Assembly: GCF_000143415.4 (NCBI RefSeq) | Contig: NW_003314267.1 | Span: 482,908 to 546,907 of the forward strand | Reading direction: 5' to 3' | Length of the DNA: 64,000 bases | DNA from: Selaginella moellendorffii | Taxonomy: Eukaryota > Plantae > Lycopodiophyta | Shown here: positions 23,301 to 38,015 of the stretch, one piece after another | Numbering within the stretch: position 1 is the stretch's first letter | How the letters are laid out: every line of letters starts with the position of its first letter | Notes under the pieces: generated by a model | Databases searched by the model: none | Told to the model about the DNA's origin: nothing | The model's input: only the letters and a program-made list of their open reading frames with translations | Program-made: the position numbers and the translations under genes

Positions 23301-26300
23301 AGGAAAAGCTAAAGCTCAACCCTCTACTAAATAATCTCGTCTAGAAGACAACTAACTCAACTTGCCACTCAGTTCGTTTGAACGTCAACACGGTTGCTAA
23401 CTAGCAATTGCACGAATGCCAACAACACAAAGCTACAGCCAAATCATCAACACTATCTTCATCAAGACTAACGAAACTCGACATCAATCTTGCGGAGAGA
23501 TATCTTATTTCACTGAAATCTCAATATCAACAATGTCAATGACAAAGCATCACTTCAATGCCATCAACATCAGGACAAAGCTAGAAGAAAGCAAGAGTGA
23601 ATCACCACTCGGAGCTTTCCAGCAACCAAGCTAACCAAAGTCGAAGATATTATACTTAGTATCCGAGACCAATCCTTCAGCAATACTCAGTTACAGATAA
23701 CATTTCATCAAAGAGTGAATCACCACATCCAAGACTCAATGAAATCCAACACCACGGACTAAACGTAACCAAATGATATCGACAGAGATAGAATCGATAT
23801 ACTAACATAGAAAACCTATGCAAGTCTAACGATACGATCCTCCACAACACCATCCGGTAAAGCAAGCCCATCACTGCTAAATCATCATCGAGCAAAGCAA
23901 GTGTCAACTGTCCTTGATGAAGTCTACAAGTAATCACTAGTCGCAAAGCAACTAACAATCACTCTTCAACTTGCGTTCACAAGACCCAAACACCAACTCA
24001 TATCATCGAGTCACATACTTGTCCAACATGAACATAATACCCCAGGTATGAGATAAAAGTTCATAGACAAGCACAAATTAAATGACCACTCGAATCCAAC
24101 TCAACCGCAATAAGCTCACTAATGCATTTAGTCAATAGCTCTGAACATGCCTTAAAGAGGCTAGCTATGCATGATCAACACTCAGTCGAAACTAAAGTGA
24201 AGACCATGAGATGGACTCATATTGGTACACAACCTCCTCATAGACAAAGCTATAGTACGGGTACCAACATCGCAACCTCAAACAACTAAATTGGACATCA
24301 CCATCCTCAGCCAAGGCACATGGCCACCAAGACCAAGTCAAGATCAGTGAGAGCTCACTACTCTCATAGAGTCTAACATAATGCAAGGTGCAACCTGCCA
24401 CCGAGCATGATGCTACAAAAGAAAGGCACAAGGGTCACCCTTCTTAGAAAAGCGTAATGGCCACTTTTTTATACCAACTCTAGACTCTATCCAACTTAAT
24501 TGCCTTAGCCCCAAAAGTCAGCATCCCTTTCGGGTCACATCATACAAACTACCTACTAAGGTCTAAGCTAACCAAAGTCAACTCCAACCCCTTCACTAGT
24601 TTGTACTGACTTACGAAAACGGAATGGTTTTCGTGCAAAGTGATTAATAGGTCAGCCATTAGAAAAGTCTAAGAAAATTTATGGAAAATTTTCCATCCTA
24701 GAGAAAGAATGACTCTCAGTCCAGGAGTGCAAACTTTCAAGACTCAACCAACTTCCTCCTACAAACAATTTCACATAGGTTCACCTCAACACAAATTCTC
24801 ATCATCCAACAATATGCTTAAGCATCGAACATCTTTGCCCATCTAATCGATATCCAACACCGACATCTGCAAAGTGCAAGAATGAACATCCAAGGCTTGA
24901 TCACGAAGATCACATCTTCGGATATCCACATTGCACTAACACTCTTCTTCAACCACCTTCAAGATTCAATGTGAAGCCAAAACACTAACAAGAAAAATGA
25001 CATAGAAAATCAAGGTCCAAGGAAAATTCCTCATCACTTGAAGTAACAATGCCACTTCCACCAACACAAGTGCTAGCGATGTTAATGCGTCAACCTCACA
25101 CCTTCTCCATCCAATAATCTACTCCAAGTGCTAACGGATCAACTGATGAGTTATAGCAAATGAATGCTACAACCCATTCCCAACACCTTATGGGCAAACC
25201 CTCAAGGAAACAAGGTACCAACATAAGCTTAGCATAATGGACCACCATTGAGAATCCAGTCAAAGCTACTATAATGCTACTTCGTGCAAGTAGACTAGCT
25301 TCTCCATCAACCACTTTGGGGTTGATCATCATTTACCCAAGCAACTTCGTAAACACATTGCTCATTATCACATGGATATGATATAAATCACAATGACTTG
25401 ATCATCAATTGAGTAACGCAATGAGCAAGGCTTATGTCATTACTTCAAACGTTTATGTGAATATCAAATGCCAACTCGATTCGACAAAATGCAACATAAA
25501 TGCCACACTCCACCAATAGAGATTTACGACACCCAACACCACTAACTTTTGTTCACAACACGGACAAGCTCATGCCACTCTCTTTCCGACCAAACTCAAC
25601 ACTAATCTAACACCAAGCTACTCAAGGAGCAATAGCAAGGTTCCCCAGAAAAGAATTGAGCATTGCAACCCAAGTCTTCCAATAGCGAGCCTAGACAAAA
25701 TGGTTTGGTGTTTCACCACTATCCATCCCATAACTCACCATTGTAAGACCACCATCTCCAACATGCATCAAGATAGGGACTCTTGATTGCATGATGTGAA
25801 CACAAGCAATGAGTTAACACCTCGTTGCAGATCATCTCTCCAAGAAGAGAAAATGATTTACGTATTTGATCCTCCGTCCCCGATGACTCTCTTTTCGGTC
25901 TCATCTTTGACCAAACCTCAAGCTTGCTCTCACACTGCCTTCAGCTCAATCGAAGAAAAGTTTATGAGAGAGCACGGCAATGATTACTTGAACCAATAGA
26001 CTATTCCCTACAATCTTGATTGATCCAATTATAATCATGCCTAGGAAGGATCCACTAGTGCCGTGCTAAACAGCTACGGACCAGCCTATTTGCCACTCAT
26101 AACAAACCCATGTAGGTTTGCTTTCACCCATGGTACAAGGAATAACTCACGGAACCACTAATAGGCTAACATTAATCCTGCCAACTCAAAGAGTAACCTC
26201 GAGTTGCTAATGTGCCTCACTCACGAGCCCAAGCTCAAACTCGTGTGAACGGAACATCTCCAATCCATCCTATGAGCCCAAGCGCAAGCTCACATCATAA

Positions 26301-29300
26301 GGTACAAAAAGGTAACCAAACCTATCCCAAGGAACCAATGCGAAGTCTTTGCACCAAAACGTGTACCCACTCGGATCATCGTTTTCATCTCTGCGTATGC
26401 AACAAGACTAGTTGCCCAATCTCATTGAATAGTACTCGCTGAGACTCATTCTCTGATACCAAATGTAGCGCACGTGGTTTTGACCCTTTATCCTATGGTG
26501 ATTTACCATAGGATAACACCACGAAGCAAAACCTAAACCCTCTTTGTGCCACGTGACAGATGCCACGTGTCACATGCCACGTGTCCATGCCACGTGTCCA
26601 TAGGAACCCGAGGTTCATGGCCTTGGGCCACTGAACAAAGGAACGGTGCCAAACTCCCAAGCGTGACGCCAAGGAGTGATGGAACCGAACCACGGAGCAA
26701 CTCCCGAGCATACAGCCCAAGGAGCGAAGGGACAGGGGCCTGGAGCGACTTGGAACAGTCCTAGAGCAACCAGCATCCCAATGCCAGGACCAGCACGCAA
26801 AACGGAGCCAAACGGAGTCTGGCGCTATTTCGGCATACCGGTGGCCTAACGCGAGGACATGGGTACTCCACCAGCTAGCATGGAATGGAACTTGGGCTTA
26901 GACCCAAGCCGGACGCAGAACAAGGACAGGCACGCAAGCGGGAGCTAGACTATGCCTCAGGTTGGTCGGCCATGCCCGACCTACCCACTATCCCTACTAT
27001 ACATTTGGAACCCCCCATAGCCCCCCCCCCTTGAGGAACACACGCTTTGGGCTTTCACCCCAAGCCTCCCTTAGTATCAGGAGTTAGTCTATGGGACAAA
27101 CTCGAAACTTACTAAATATGGAATGTCCTTAGATTGCGAATTTGGACACGGGACGAACACCATTGTGTTCAAGCCAATCTCTACATTCCGTAGATATGCC
27201 AAAATGAGCAAATCTGGACACTTTCCATAAATAGCATTTGGGACCGAAATGAGACTAACACAAAGGGCATGATAGCGAGGGTGTTTGGCAGACACGGTAA
27301 GCTATCATGTAGCGATATTGAGGGACCAATCTCAATACGCGAGGGTTCTTCTCACTAGCCAGTGCAAGACATAACGAGACGGGAACTCCTTACCGGGCTA
27401 AGTATGCTTAGCTAATAACACGTAGGAATTCCGTCCTTATGCTCGTCCGGTCTAAGTACACTCGAAATGCCCAGTTAACTCCACTAGCACAAGAGGGACT
27501 GATAAAGGGTCCAGCAATACCGACCTCCTGCCGTCGTGGCAGTAAGGTAAGAGTGTCCGTAAGGACTGGTCGACAGGTAACTTTCGATGACCAAAGTCAC
27601 ATTCGCGACACTCTCCCCCCCTTGGGAAGATCGACATCCTCGTTGATGCATACTCCAGTCTAGAATACCGCCAAGGAAACAACTCCATAAAAAGTTCACG
27701 ATACTCACACTATGTGAGAAATGCACCAACTTAAATGAGTTAGAGGGTAACCTCTTTGTCTAACGCGGATGCGCTACCAACTTAGACACCTTCCGGCCAT
27801 CACCGACAAGGAAATGACCAACGAAGTCAACCACCCTTGCTACTCTAGGTGTCACCCAGCTACAAAAGTGTGATATGCCCCTGCCCGCAAGGACATAGAG
27901 AGAAAAGCTAGAGGCCCCAACCCTCCTGAGCAAAGAAACCAAACCCGTCGGTAAGGTTTAGATAGACTATTGTAAACAGGCAGTTAGAGTTGTTTACACG
28001 GTCACGCCCTTTCAACGGAATAAAAAACATCGACAGAGAGGCGGATTATGTGACCAGTCGACAGTAGCTACCCCATGACTAGAGATTTCACCATGCACAC
28101 GAAGTGCCAAAGCCAGTTTGCCTATACTGGCCCAAACTCAAAGATCAATATATGAACTATATCAAAGTCATAAACAATGATATCGTAGAGTCGTAGTTAT
28201 CAGTGACTATATCTTACATTAGAACACAAAAGTATTCCAAGAAAGTTATCATCCGATAAACCAGTATTATAGGATAGGAACCACCAAGATCACTACCATT
28301 GGAAAATATAGAATGCATCATCCAACAAAATTCAATAGGAAGTAGATCATCAAGTAAACTCAATGATGAAACTTAACTACCGAAAATGGCAGATAGCATG
28401 CCAAACAACTCACAAAACACAACTCAAAGAACACAAAATATCATTGACTGACAAGCACAATACTCGCGAATGTATAACCCGAAGGAAATAACATCCCAAC
28501 CTACCAGAACTAACTTGAGCAAAAATTAACAGAATAGAATGAATGCAGTAAGACCAACAAACACTCAGTCATGCCAACTATTGCACTAACCAATTTGAAT
28601 AGATCCCGGTCAATAATACCAAGGAACCAGAGTTGCTTAAGCAAGTGTCAATAACATCCTATTGATGTCTCAAACCCAAAAGACCAATTCAAGGCAAACC
28701 ATAAAGAACATGTGGTAATGCAAAAAGCCATAAGCCATCAAAGAGAACAACTAACCATCATGAAAGATCATCAATCATCCCATCAATAAAGAGATGCAAA
28801 ATCATCGTCTAAGAAGGAATCCACCATCCCGAAGAATAGCAAATCAATCTAGATCAACGATAATCAAGCTAAACCTCTGACAAGGATAATCAATTATCCC
28901 AGATGATAGTCAAACATCACCAATGATTGCTAGATGCAAATACTAACTTCAACATCGAAGCTAGGAGCCAAAATGTCTTCCCCAACAACTTTTAACAAAT
29001 GAAACAATGAGCATAAAACTCAAAGAACCAAAAGCTTGAAGAAGCATATAGCCAAGTCTTGCCTAATAATGATCACAAGTCTCATAGAAACTAACTTCAA
29101 TGCTAAAGAAGAAATCATGATGCAACTCACAATTTCTTCCTCAACACATCCATAAGCTAAACTTTATAATGCCAAAGCTAATGAATGCATCAATCCAAAA
29201 GCTAAGCACAATGGAGCTATGCCCAACAAGTGATCAGTAAACGATCCTCCATAAATCCATTTTATAGCAAGACGTAATTCACTTCATAACAAGCACAAGA

Positions 29301-32300
29301 AGAATCATCAATGATTGATATAGTCTAACTCAAATCCAATAGGGACTCAAATTTTTTAATATCGAACACTAATTCGTCCTCTCGTGAAGTTAGCATAGTT
29401 CACGACAAAATCATTTTTCAAGGAAAAGCTAAAGCTCAACCCCTACTAAACAATCTCATCTAGAACACAACTAACTCAAACTTGCCACTCAGTTCATTTG
29501 AACGTCAATACAGTTGCTAACTAGCAAATGCATGAATGCCAACAACATAGAGTTACAACCAAATCATCAACACTATCTTCATCAAGCCTAATGAAACTCA
29601 ATATCAATCCTAAGAAGAGACATCTCATTTCACCTGAATCCCAATACTAACGATGTCAACGATAGGGCATCACTTCAATGTCATCAACACCATAACAAAG
29701 CTAGAAGAAAGCAAGAGTGAATCACCACTCAAAGCTTTCTAGCAACCAAGCTAACCAAAGTCGAAGACACCTTAGTCAGTATCTGAGACCAATCCTCCAA
29801 CAATACTCAGTTACAGATAACACATCATCAAGGAGTGATTCACCACGTCCAAGACTCAATGAAATCCAACACTACGGACTAAATGTAACCAAATGGTATC
29901 AACAGAGGTAAAGTCGACATGCCAACATGAAAAACTCATGTAAGTCTAACGACACGATCCTCCGCAACACCACCAGGTAAAACAAACCCATCACTGCTAA
30001 ATCATCACCAAGCAAAGCAAGTGTCAACAGTCCTTGACGAAGTCTACAAGTAATCACTAGTCGCAAAGCAACTAACAATCACTCCTCAACTTGCCTTCAC
30101 AAGACCCAAACACCACCTTTTGTCATCAAGTTATATACTTTGTCCAACATGAACGTGATACCTCAGGCACGAGATAAAGGTTCATGGACAAGCACGAACT
30201 AAATGACTACTCGAATCCAAATCAACCGCAATGAACTCACTAATGCATTTAGCCAATAGCTCTGAGCATGCCTTGAAGAGGCTAGCTATGCGTAATCAAC
30301 ATTTAGTCGAAACTAAAGTGAAGACCACAAGATGGACTCATATCGGTACACAACCTCCTTATAAACACAGCTATAATACGGGTACCGACATTTCAACTTG
30401 CAAACAACTATGTTAGACATCACCATCCTTAGCCAAGGCACAGGGCCACCAAGACCAAGTCAAGATTAGTGAGAGCTCACTACTCTCATATAGTTTAATG
30501 AAATGCAAGGTGAAACCTACCACCAAGCACAACGCTACAAAAGAAAGGCACAAAGGTCACCTTTCTTAGAAAAGTGTAACGGCCACTTTTCTACATCAAC
30601 TCTAGACTCTATCCAACTCAATTGTTTTAGCCCCAAAAGTCAACATCCCTTTCGGGCCGCATTATATAAACTACCTACCAGGGTCTAAGCTAACTAAAGT
30701 CAACTCCAACCCTTTCACTAGTTTGTACTAGCTTACGAAAATGGAATGGTTTTCGGCAAAGTGACCAACAGATCAGCCATTGGAGAAGTCTAAGAAAATT
30801 TGTGGAAAATTTCCATCCTAGAGAAAGAATGACTCTTAGTCTAGGAATGCAAACTTTCAAGACTCAACCAACTTCCTCCTACTAACAACTTCACATAAAT
30901 TCACCTCAACACAAATTTTCATGACCTATAATATGCTTAAGCATCGAACATCTTTGCCCATCTAACCGATATCCAACATTGACATCCACAAAGTGCAAAA
31001 TGAACATCCAAGGCTTGATCATGAAGACCACATCTTCGGATATCCACATTGCACTAACACTCTTCTTCAATCACCTTCAAGATCCAATGTGAAGCCAAAA
31101 CACTAATAAGAAAAATGACATAAAAAATCAAGGTCCAAGGAAAATTCCTAATCACTCAAAATAACAATGCCACTTCCACTAACACAAGTGCTAGTGATGT
31201 CAATGCCCTAACTACACACCTTCTCCATCCAATAATCTACTCCAAGTGCTAATGGATCAACCGATGAACTATAACAAATGAATGCTATAACCCTTTTCCA
31301 ACACCTTAGTGGGCAAACTTAAGGAAGCAAGGTACCAACTTAAGCTTAGCATAATGGACCATCATTAAGAATCCAGTCAAAGCTACTACAATGCTACTTC
31401 ATGCAAGTAGACTAGCTTCTCCATCAACCACTTTGGGGTTGATCATCATTTACCCAAGCAACTTCGTAAACACATTGCTCATTATCACATGGATATGATA
31501 TAAATCACAATGACTTGATCATCAATCAAGCAACACTATGAGCAATGCCCATATCACTACTGCAAAGGTTTATGTGAATATCAAGTGCCAACTCGATTCG
31601 ACAAAATGCAACATAAATGCTACACCCCATCAAATAGAGATCTACAACACCTAACACCACTAACTTTTGTTTACAACACGAACAAGCTCATGCCACTCTC
31701 TTTCCAACCAAACTCAACACTAATTCAACACCAAGCTACTCAAGGAGCAATAACAAGGTTCCCCAGAAAAGAATTAAGCATTGCAACCCAAGTCTTCCAA
31801 TAGCAAGCTTAGACAAAATGATATAACACTTCACCGCTATCCATCCCACAACTTACCATTGTAAGACCACCATCTCCAATATGCATCAGGATATAGACTC
31901 TTGATTGCATGATGTGAACACAAGCAATGAGTTAACACTTCGTTGCAAATCATCTCTTCAAGAAGAGAAAATGATTTACGTATTTGATCCTCTGTCCTCA
32001 ATGACTCTCTTTTCGGTCTCATCTTTGACCAAACCTCAAGCTTGCTTTCGCACTGCCTTCAGTTCAATCCAAGAAAAGTTTATGAGAGAGCACAGCCATG
32101 ACTACTTAAACTAATAGACTAATCCCTATAGTCTTGATTGATCCACTTATAATCATACTTAGGAAGGATCCATTAGTGCCATGCTAAACAGCTACGGACC
32201 AGCCTATTTGCCACTCATAGCAAACCCAGGGAGGTTTGCTTTCACCCATGGTACAAGGAATAACTCATGGAACCACCGATAGGCTATCATTAATCCTGCC

Positions 32301-33728
32301 AACTCAAAGTGCAATCTTGAGTTGCTAATGTGCCTCATTCACGAGCCTAAACGTAAACTCATGCAACCGGAATAACTCAGTCCACCCTATGAGCCCAAGA
32401 GCAAGCTCACATAATATGGAACAAGAAGGTAACCAAATCCATACCCAAGGAACAATTGCGAAGTCTTTTGCACCCAAACGTATACCCACTCAGATCATCG
32501 TTTTCATCTCTGCGTATGCAACGAGACTAGTTGCCCAATTTCATTGGATAGTACTCGCCGAGACTTTTTCTCTAATACCAAATGTAGCGCACGTGGTTTT
32601 GACCCTTTGTCCTATGGTGATTTACCATAGGATAACACCACGAAGCGGAACCTAAACCCTCTTTGTACCACGTGACAGATGCCACATGTCACATGCCACA
32701 TGTCCATGCCATGTGTCTATAGGAACCCGAGGTTCAGGGCCTTGGGCCACTGAACGAAGGAACAGTGCCAAACTCTTAAGCGTGGAGCCAAGGAGTGATG
32801 GAACCGGACCACAAAGCAACTCCCGAGCATACAGCCCAATGAGTGAAGGGACAAGGGCCTGAGGCGACTTGGAATAGTCCTGGAGCAACTAGCATCCCAA
32901 TGCCAGGACCAGCACGCAAAACGGAGCCAAACGGAGTTTGGTGCTATTTCGGCATACCGGTGGCCTAACATGAGAGTATGGGTACTCCACCAGCTAGCAT
33001 GGAATGGAACTTGGGCTTAGACCCAAGCCGGACGTAGAACAAGGACAGGCACGCAAGCGGGAGCTAGACTATGCCTCAGGTTGGTCAGCCATGCCCGACC
33101 TACCCACTATCCCTACTATACATTTGAAACCCCCCATAGCCCCCCCCCCCCCCCTTCCCTTGAGGAACACACGCTTTGGGCTTTCACCCCAAGCCTCCCT
33201 TAGTATCTGCAGTTAGTCTCTGGGACAAGCTCAAAACTTACTAAATGTGGAATGTCTCTAGATTGTGAATTTGGACACGGGACGAACACCATTGTGTTCA
33301 GGACGATCTCTACATTCCATAGATATGCCAAATGAGCAAATCTAGACACTTTCCATAAATAGCATCTGGGACGAATTGAGACTAACACAAAAGGCATGAT
33401 AGCGAGGGTGTTTGGCAGACATGGTAAGCTATCATCTAGCAATGTTGAGGGACCAATCTCAATATTGCGGGGGTTCTTGATACTAGCAAGTGCAAGCCAA
33501 TGACTCAAGTTTCTCAAACCAGGCCGAGTATGCTCAGCAAGAAACACATAGGGTTCCTACCTTATGTTTATCCAATCTAAGTGCATGGTCATTAACCAAT
33601 TTCTCAACTAGCTCAAGTGGGAACTGATAACAGGTCCAGCAATACCGACTTCCTGCCATTGCGGCAGCAAGGTAAGAGTGTCCGTAAGGACTGGTCGACA
33701 GGTAACTTTCGATACCCAAAGTCACATT
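20348..33728 (-). mobile_element. Tandem array of a non-coding LTR retroelement (family B, LARD-like): LTR 20348-21483, internal, LTR 26464-27610, internal, LTR 32583-~33728
   Basis: ~1.14-kb LTRs with TGTAGCG..CGCGACA ends; tRNA-iMet PBS (TGGTATCAGAG on -) at 26451-26461 and a decayed copy before 32583; PPTs (ctctccccccctt on +) after 21483 and 27610; ~5-kb internal regions with no long ORF; ~6.1-kb period. Confidence 0.9.
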
Positions 33729-35438
33729 TGATGTTAAGAGATGAGGATATATAATATGAAAACATTTATCAGTAAATAAAAATTTAAGCTCTTAATGCAA
33801 TGTTCATGTAGAAATTATATATATGCATAGCCTTAATAGGACTCAACAATGATTAAATTTTCTTGAAATGAAGTAAATAAATATACCAAATGTGTTGTTT
33901 AATCTGTATAAAGGACTGGATTACTATCTTATAGATACAAATTTGATGCACACATTGATAGATTCTAGTGCATATGGATAAAAAGAAGAACTATTATGCT
34001 ATCAATGTGGTAATTATTATTAGTAGAATTAAATCTCTATAATACTTATTACCATTACTTTACATATCCAAAGACATTATAGAAAAAAATATTGATGCTT
34101 TTAATATTTTTTTTGAGCATATCATAGAGAAAGATAAGATGGAACTCCATATGAGGGTGAGAAAAGAATTCTCGCTGCTATAGGCATTTTTACACAATAA
34201 AATGTTGGAATATTTTATTCATGATTTTTTATATGTAATGTTGCTCTTTAACTACAATGCTATATAATGGTTTTTTCTTATCTCTCTTTTTGATTTGTCA
34301 ATGTTATAATTTAAGCCACATGTTTTTTGTTACTAAAAAGAACCCACTAGTCTATAATTACATCATATAATAATAAAAATCCAACCATTATCTAAGAAAA
34401 TCTGTTTATAGTGGATATATCTAAAATATGCTTTGATATTCTTGGATATTTTATCATCTAATATCGAACAGTTGTTATTTATCTATATTAATATTGTATT
34501 ATAATTCATATACTTTCCTAAACACTACCATATTATCTTTACAAGTTATCAACATGTTTATAATTATAGATTTCTGATTGATCAATTGAATCAATAAATA
34601 ATAATAAACAGGAAAACACTACTATTAAACAAATAAAATATTATTGCATGCAACACACAGAAAATTATTTATTATTTCCAGCCCATCTTATGAAATACAA
34701 CAATGGTTTAGAGCCCTACTATTACTCTAAATTTAGATGCATAACCAACATGCTCCTCTAGTCATTTTTATCTTGGTTCATACAATAAATAAAAGACGGA
34801 AATATTCCTTTAATTTAAATTCCTATTATTATTGCATTAGCAAATGATTTTTGATTTTCTCCTCTAAAAATTTACTTGAATTTTGATTGATTATTATCTT
34901 TTATCTAAACGCTTTTTTCCTCTTTCCTTCTGAACTTTGATCCAGCTTTAACTAAAATTGGCTAATTCACTTCATGAATGGAGATCACGTATTCTAAGCA
35001 AATCAGAACTTTCAATATGCAAGAGCAAGTAGTAGATATGATTAATTGATTTCAACACTATTAACATAGCTTATAGCTAATACATACCAAGTCTTTGACA
35101 CCATAAAATAAATTTGTATATGTTTAATTTTTGCTATTTTGCTCTATTTTGCCAAGAGAGATTGAGAGTATTCCTAGGAGATTATATTATGGTTCAGATT
35201 AAACCATAATTGATGTGAAGAAGATATTACCTTCAGGATTAGAGATCAGGAGACAATACAGAATACTTACTAGAGATATTACATCACTCCTCTGATCCAA
35301 AATACTCCTTTAGAAGAGTTGGTTTTAGTAGATTTTAATGTACATTTATCAAGCATTGCCGTGGCATTGGAAGAAGTATATTTCTCGCATCTTTGCAGAC
35401 AAGGGATTAGGGTTTTGGGGCTAGGGTTTTACGGAGAA

Positions 35439-36109
35439 ATGGGGGGAAGAAGCGACTGCGATTTCTGCGCCCTCTGTGGCACAATGCTCGTCTACGAGTC
35501 TGCTACAACCGCATCGTGTGCACTCTGTAAGGCGCAGCGCAACGCCGAAGGTATGATCCATCGATCGATCGCTCATTTTTTGCTCATAAATTCTCTCTTT
35601 GGTGTTCTTGTTTATATATATTCTACACAGTGGTCCAGGAGGAGGTGTGGTGTACAATCAACGCCGAGGTACAATGCTGTCTTTTGCAGTTTAAATGGAG
35701 GATGTGTATTTGCGGCATTTATTTCTGTGTAGGATTTGGCCCGGAGGCTTGGAATCGATCCTCTCGTTCTACCAGAACTTGATCTCAAAACCGTGGATCA
35801 AACTGACGAAGGCCCGAAGAAGGCTGTCGTAAGTTTTCTTGTCTTTCTTCTTCCGGAGAATCTTCTTTTCTCTTTTATAAATGTCGAACTACGCACTGTA
35901 GGTGAACGAGGATTGTCCGAAATGCAAAAATCCGCAGCTCGAGTACTACACGAGACAGGTATATAGATTGATAGTTTTTTTTTGTCTTTCGCTTTTTTTC
36001 TACACTGTTTATACACTTTTTCCACCCGCAGCTGCGCTCTGCTGATGAAGGCCAAACAGTGTTCTACGAGTGTCCCAAGTGCCGGCACAAGTTCTCGCAA
36101 AACACGTAA
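35439..36109 (+). CDS. RPA12: RNA polymerase I subunit RPA12 (TFIIS-like zinc ribbons), 5 exons
   Basis: N-terminal [13 protein letters not shown]; C-terminal [15 protein letters not shown]|[17 protein letters not shown]; two telo-boxes just upstream at 35407-35430. Confidence 0.93.
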
Positions 36110-38015
36110 CGTTCTCGCGTGTAAAACCCAAACGGAAAGAGAAGAAATCCGCAGAAAAGGTAACACTCTTTCTAAATCATTGCCACTAATCGCATAATCG
36201 TCCCCCTGTTGTGCGTGCTCACATTCCAAAAGCGAGCCCGTCCCTCCATCAATCACTTACAGGTGAACTGGACTGATGCCTTCGGTTAAGTTTTCCTTCC
36301 CAGCTGGTGGTGATTGCGAGTGATGCACAAACACATCCCACTCCGCTCTACGATCATTCCAGCTCCAGATTACACTCATTGGCGTTTGATACCAACCGAT
36401 CGCTGTCACGGGATTTTATAGCGTGCCAGAGGAGGATGAGGAGAAACAAAAATATGTGCGTATATAGCGACAGTAAGAGCGAGCTTTTCTCTTTTCTCTC
36501 TCGCCGCTCTTTTATCCTTTGCTCACTCGTCGTTTGGCTCTTTAGGCGTGCTCTCTGGGAGCGAGAGGAATTGGATTAAACTATGGGACTACTTAACGCC
36601 TTTGGTGAGGAGACTTTGGTGGAAAACACTAGTACACACTCTGGAAGGAAGAAGGGGGGAGTTTTTTTGGTTTGTGGTTTCAAGCTGGAATCAGACGTGC
36701 AGTGCGCGCAGGCCTTCCTTTTTTTGAGGGGAGGGAGATGACAAAAGGCTCTTGCAGGCAGGCAAGGAATCATTCATCCATTCATGTCATTCTGGTTTGT
36801 TTACATCTCTCCTTTTTTTATATGGTTTTTGTTTTTTGGCCTCCTTTCATGGCTTGTTTTGTAGCTATTTAGAAATATGTGGTTATTTTTTTTTTTCAAT
36901 TTCTCTCTGTGTGTGTTGTTGTGTGTGCGGCTTTTTGGATATTTTTTTTTCTTGTTCATACAGGGAAAGGGTCACTGTGACTCACCAAACATTTATGAAA
37001 TGGAGACCCCAATAGTGTTGTACAAAAATGTCATTAAGCCCATCGTGGTTTGTCTTTTGGTTCATCACTCACTGTAATATGGCCCACATTGCACATGTAT
37101 GCTACTACTACTACTTGTTCTAACACTTTCTATCACGGTATTTTATTTCTTGGCCAAGGGTTTGATAAACCTCCGGTTATTTGATAATAGAAGGTAATTA
37201 CTTTAATAATCGAACTTCAAGATTAAAATATGGCGCATAAGGCGCAGCCGTTGATTTCTCTAAGTGTTAGCTTTGTCGGGGATATCCCAGCCATTGAATA
37301 AATTCTCGCCGCCCGGCCACCACAGCCCTACCGGTGGGGGCATATGCCGGCGGCATATTTCAGCAAAGGGCGAAAGAAAGAGAGCATGATCATGATGAGG
37401 TGGTCCATTCCATCCACAGTGTAGAAATTGGGTCTCTCGGCATCGCGAGCGCGCAAGAACACCACGACACAGTTCCAATCCTCGGACCAATCCAGGAATT
37501 TTCAGGCGAGGGCGAGCGATCCATCGGCGCTGGAGAATTGGTGCTGTGGAAGTGGTGGATGATTATCAAATTTGGGCAGTGTGTGATCCCTTCCACTAGC
37601 GCGATTAAACAATCGAGTATTCTAAGCTCGCGGCTGGGTGGATCGCACATGGAAGCGGTGTTTGTTTAGGCAGATCCATCGTGGGGGCGTGAGGAATTTG
37701 GCGGAATTCCGCCAGAATTGGGGAGGATTGAGATATGGCGGCGCCACGGACTCGGAGGAGGATCTATGGCACTGGTGGTAATGGTGGTCGGCTTGGCGCC
37801 GCTTCTCTTCTCGGCTAGAAAAAGGAAAGAGAGGCTCTAGCTAGCAGCTATGAGGAAGAAAAGAGGACGACGAGGACGAAGAACTGTTCTTGGAGAAATC
37901 CCTCCGTCGTCGTCAATCATCGCCGCCTGCTCCTCCTCGCTCTAGATCTTTTCTTTCTTTTTCCTGTTCTTCCATTTCTTTTTTTCTTTCCTTTTTTTTC
38001 TTCTCCTTGATCCAT

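Noticed and set aside
21484-26450. Possible gag-pol in the family-B internal region
   Set aside because: No ORF reaches 100 aa, and I could not recognise RT, RNase H or integrase motifs; treated as non-coding pending an HMM search.
35230-35305. Partial inverted repeat (ggattagag..ctctgatcc) upstream of RPA12
   Set aside because: Short and imperfect, with no supporting C/D boxes or TSD.
37334-37822. Possible conserved-peptide uORFs upstream of GT-2
   Set aside because: The TSS is unknown, the longest has a non-ATG start, and I recognise no CPuORF similarity.
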